Shown here piece after piece: positions 60,298 to 64,000 of a stretch of DNA of 64,000 bases. The notes beneath the pieces are model-generated. The model was not told the DNA's origin and did no database searches. It worked only from the letters and a program-made list of their open reading frames with translations. Made by a program: the position numbers and the translations under genes. The first letter of the stretch is position 1; the number at the start of each line of letters is the position of its first letter. The stretch is from Candidatus Poribacteria bacterium. Lineage in GTDB: Bacteria > Poribacteria > WGA-4E > WGA-3G. Location of the stretch: positions 1,760,001 through 1,824,000 of the forward strand of contig OZ244048.1 in NCBI GenBank assembly GCA_965215265.1. Direction: 5' to 3'.

Positions 60298-61010
60298 AAA
60301 CCAATACGGTCCGGTACGGTAAGGTGGGGAGCTGCTCGTAGGAGATTGCTCCTACGAGCAGGATTTGGGCGGGTGAGAGCACGTGAGGGAAGAGTAGTAC
60401 TCAGGGGTTCGCTCTCCCTGCAGAGAAACAAGATCTTTTTGTATATCTCCGTACCATCAAGGTTTATGTTTTGTGAAGTCCTGCCAATCTATAGACGCGA
60501 TTCAGTTTTTTGACTTAAAGTCTACATCTTGATAAAATATCTCCAATCTGTTATACTCAATGATGTTGAGGTAAGGGCGAGGTTCCTTCGCCTCCTGAAT
60601 GAGCTTTCTACCGGGCTCTACGAGGAGGTCTCGCCTACCGGTGGAAGTTGGTGCCCACCCACCCAAATCCACAGGCAATGCGCTGAGACCATCGCACAGT
60701 GCCTCGTCACTGCGATGGCAATTTTCAAAGGTGGGCGTGGCGAGTTTGTCCCTACGAGTGGACATCAGCGGGAATTCATAGATTTCAGCACAACAAAGAC
60801 TTATTTAATATACACCTTAGCACAAATCTCGCTTTTTCGTCTATAGGCACCCAATGACGCTCTATGTTTTGTAAAAATCTGTGTAAATCTCGTCGGAGCC
60901 GTCTGGTGTTTTGACTTTAAAGACATTACCTAGAGCGTCTCCGACGAGTTTTACACACGAGTACTCATGACATAAGCGTTGATGGTACGGAGATATACAA
61001 AAAAACAAAA

Positions 61011-61931
61011 ATGAAAAACGTTGCATTCTTACTTTTTTTGTTAGTGCTCATAAGCGCACAACCGAGTAAAGCAATTCGTCAAGGGGCCGCCAATGCTAAC
61101 ATCTTTATCAAAGCCTACGAGCAGAGCGGCGAATTCGGCAAAGTGGCTCTCTGGCATGAAGCAGCCGTGGCGTGTGTAGACGTGATTTCAGTTCCACTGA
61201 ACCAGATTGCCTATACGTACTACACACAGCATGGGTATCTTAAGTGGGCAAGGCGGGCTGAAAAAGAGGCACTAGAAATTCAAGCACAACGCGAGTATCA
61301 TCTGACACAAGCGATGGCAGCCTGGGAAAAATCAGAAGTCAACGGGTGTGTCCGCCCATTGCTGTTTATGTCAGAGCATGCGAAGATTGCGAAGTTCATG
61401 GCGACGTGGGCACGCTACTATCCGGATAGATTTCATGAATTCGGTATCTATCCGACCTTCTTCAAGCCATTGCGGGAGCGTGCCGAACAAAACGCAGATT
61501 ACGTCAAGGCACTGCAGATTGAGGCAGACGCTGCGGAGATGTGCGCGGGGCTTTATGAAAAGATTCCTATCGCTTACGGTTTGAAAGGTTATGAAAAATG
61601 CAGGGACGCGTATCGCCAGCACGCTGCACGGCTCCGAGTACTCGCACAGCAAAATCCGAAAGCCTTACCACCGGAGGCAGACAAAGGCAAAGTGCTTGTG
61701 GATGACTTTCGTGCAAGCCCACCACAAGGCAGGCAAAATCTCATCCGTCGCATTGCAAAATCAGATGAGCGCGTCAAACAAGCATTAACTGGGCTACAAG
61801 GTATTCGAGAATATGCACATTTTCAAGGGTCTGCTTGGACTGTCAGTTTCTATAATCACGGTTGGGGCAACCTTGCTGTCGCAATCGTTGACGACAAAAC
61901 CGGAGTCGTTCTGCACGTGCTAAAGCATTAG
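61011..61931 (+). CDS. Secreted hypothetical protein (helical)
   Basis: 306-aa ORF with signal peptide MKNVAFLLFLLVLISAQPSKA. Confidence 0.75.
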   Translation: MKNVAFLLFLLVLISAQPSKAIRQGAANANIFIKAYEQSGEFGKVALWHEAAVACVDVISVPLNQIAYTYYTQHGYLKWARRAEKEALEIQAQREYHLTQAMAAWEKSEVNGCVRPLLFMSEHAKIAKFMATWARYYPDRFHEFGIYPTFFKPLRERAEQNADYVKALQIEADAAEMCAGLYEKIPIAYGLKGYEKCRDAYRQHAARLRVLAQQNPKALPPEADKGKVLVDDFRASPPQGRQNLIRRIAKSDERVKQALTGLQGIREYAHFQGSAWTVSFYNHGWGNLAVAIVDDKTGVVLHVLKH

Positions 61932-62068
61932 CCAAGACATCTCCACTGCTACGGAATATGTATACAAAACTGAACCGAAGAACATTACCAAAATGACATT
62001 AGCCAAAACGTCTCTGACTAGATGAACATACGTACGTGAACACGAACGAGGTATTATCAATTCTATTC

Positions 62069-64000
62069 ATGAAAAAGTGGATGGTGGTTCTTTTTTTTAG
62101 CGTTTCCGTTCCTGTAGAAGCGGTCCATATCACACCGGGTGAATTGCTCATTCGTTTAACGCCCGAGGCAGCTGCGGATTCGCAACGTTTGCAAGCGGAC
62201 GCGCCGATAGCCGTGCTACACGCTACGCTTATGGTAGAATCCTTGCGTCCCCTTTTTACGTATCTGGCACGCCCTGCCCTTCAGCTTAACCTAACGCGCA
62301 CCTATCTGCTTCGATTCTCGCCGGACGTGCCCTTGAAGACCATTAAAGCTGCTTATGCCGAGAGTCCACTCATCGAGGCGGTAGAATTTAACTACCTACG
62401 TTCAACCTTCGCCTCAAACGAGGTCCCCAATGACCCGAGATATCCCGAACAGTGGAATTTACCCCTCATGAAATTGCCCCAAGCATGGGCGATTGAGAAA
62501 GGTGATAAAAGGGTTATCATCGCGATTATCGACTCCGGAATTGATTATACACACCCCGACTTAGCACCCAAAACCTGGGTAAACCCCCACGAAATCCCCC
62601 ATAACGGGCTTGATGACGACCGGAACGGCTATGTGGATGATATCCACGGCTGGGATTTCACCGATGCACCCACACTCCAAGCAGAAGGCGATTTCACGGA
62701 AGGCGATAACGAACCCATTGACGAATCCGGGCACGGCACCCACGTTGCCGGCATCGCCGGTGCAATGGTAGGTAACGGCATCGGTATCGCCGGCGTTGCA
62801 TGGCATTGTCCGCTGATGCCCATTCGCGCAGGACTTTCACTCGGCGGCAGTGCACGCATGCAAGATGACGACTCGGCTGCAGCCATTGTCTATGCCGTGG
62901 ATAATGGGGCCAGCATTATCAATATGAGTTGGGGCAGTGAACAGAGTTCTTTCATCATCCAAGATGCCATCGATTACGCCCATGCCCGCGGGGCAGTCTT
63001 AGTCGCTGCAGCCGGCAATTCACAGAAAGCCGCCGCGATCTTCCCTGCCGCCTATACCAAAGTCATCGCAGTCGCGTCCACCGAACAGAATCAACTACGG
63101 TTCTATCAATCAAACTTCGGAGCCACCGTAGATATTGCCGCACCCGGAAACGTCATTCTGAGCACACAGATTCAAAACCGGTACCGGTTGCTTACCGGAA
63201 CTTCTATGGCGGCACCGCATGTTGCTGGTGTCGCAGCACTCATCCGCTCAAAACGGCCTGCGTTGACGCATGAAGAGATTCGGCAAATTCTGATTAACAC
63301 CGCTGATCCGGTGCTGAAGGAGGATAGCGATGAGTTAGATGTGAAATTTGTCGGTGCCGGCACTGTCAATGCCGAGCGTGCCTTGTTAGCAAGCAGCGCG
63401 TTACAAGCACGTATCCTCGCACCGGAAACGAATCAGGGCGGCTCGGATAGAATTGTCATTGTGGGAACCGCCGGCGGCTATAAGTTTGAGAGGTGGCAAT
63501 TAAGTTATGGCGCATCTACTGTGCCGAGTCTGTTTACGCCCTTCACGAGCTCGGAATCGGAGCAGAAAATAGCAGAACAGTTGACAATCTGGGAAACAGC
63601 GGCTGTACCCGAAGGCGTTTACACCGTGCGTTTGACTGTCACGGCTACCGATGGTAGGCAAACCCACGACCAGGTCGTTCTCACAGTGGATAGGACACCG
63701 CCCCGGGTGACTGCACTCACCGCCACCGAAACGTTTTTTCGCAACGGGGCCATCGCAGTGTTCACATGGGCAACCGACGATGTGACGCGGAATACTCTTT
63801 ATTATCGACGCAAAAGCCAACTCGCACCCTTCGCACGAATTGAAGGAAGCGAGTTAGGAACATCGCATGTGCTGTCTGCGGAGTTGGCAGCAGGCACTTA
63901 TCAGTTTTTTGTTCTGTCCCAGAATACCGTCGGCTTACAAACCACTGAAGATAACGGCGGAACATATTACCCCCTGGAAATAAAACCTAGCTTCTTCTCC
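62069..64000 (+). CDS. S8 family serine peptidase (subtilase), runs off the window end
   Basis: Translated by hand: PNDPRYPEQW, IAIIDSG (Asp), GHGTHVAG (His), AAAGN and GTSMAAPHVAG (Ser). Confidence 0.95.
   Translation, partial: MKKWMVVLFFSVSVPVEAVHITPGELLIRLTPEAAADSQRLQADAPIAVLHATLMVESLRPLFTYLARPALQLNLTRTYLLRFSPDVPLKTIKAAYAESPLIEAVEFNYLRSTFASNEVPNDPRYPEQWNLPLMKLPQAWAIEKGDKRVIIAIIDSGIDYTHPDLAPKTWVNPHEIPHNGLDDDRNGYVDDIHGWDFTDAPTLQAEGDFTEGDNEPIDESGHGTHVAGIAGAMVGNGIGIAGVAWHCPLMPIRAGLSLGGSARMQDDDSAAAIVYAVDNGASIINMSWGSEQSSFIIQDAIDYAHARGAVLVAAAGNSQKAAAIFPAAYTKVIAVASTEQNQLRFYQSNFGATVDIAAPGNVILSTQIQNRYRLLTGTSMAAPHVAGVAALIRSKRPALTHEEIRQILINTADPVLKEDSDELDVKFVGAGTVNAERALLASSALQARILAPETNQGGSDRIVIVGTAGGYKFERWQLSYGASTVPSLFTPFTSSESEQKIAEQLTIWETAAVPEGVYTVRLTVTATDGRQTHDQVVLTVDRTPPRVTALTATETFFRNGAIAVFTWATDDVTRNTLYYRRKSQLAPFARIEGSELGTSHVLSAELAAGTYQFFVLSQNTVGLQTTEDNGGTYYPLEIKPSFFS

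Noticed and set aside
1-64000. Reverse transcriptase, DGR template repeat, cas genes, transposase or integrase
   Set aside because: I found no RT motif ORF, no AAC-rich TR copy and no recognisable cas or transposase ORF in the window.

Overview
Bacterial chromosomal window. The gene content points to Candidatus Poribacteria (inferred, not database-confirmed): LamG with a C-terminal 'KLAARWG.LK' tail, an 'NYPNPFNPETWIPY' C-terminal domain, FSPCG-type WD40 propellers, PhyH, a sulfatase, and DUF6785-like transporters. Housekeeping genes (serS, bioB, pyrK, tRNA-Val and 2x tRNA-Asp, LPS glycosyltransferases, amidase, ABC transporters) alternate with accessory loci and many dispersed modular intergenic repeats. 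Most notable: (1) an Rpn-like PD-(D/E)XK gene whose C-terminal tail is repeated as free-standing 355-bp cassettes, each with its own RBS, next to a TIR plus membrane-protein pair; (2) a two-repeat degenerate CRISPR-like mini-array with a covarying hairpin and its own promoter; (3) a dockerin plus 3x FGE/C-type-lectin protein with an adenine-mutagenesis (DGR) signature but no RT or template in the window, on a 5.7-kb insertion that splits an SDR gene; (4) a repeated Cys-rich peptide / WD40 / MacB-like permease module. All calls are made by eye from the sequence; no searches were run.
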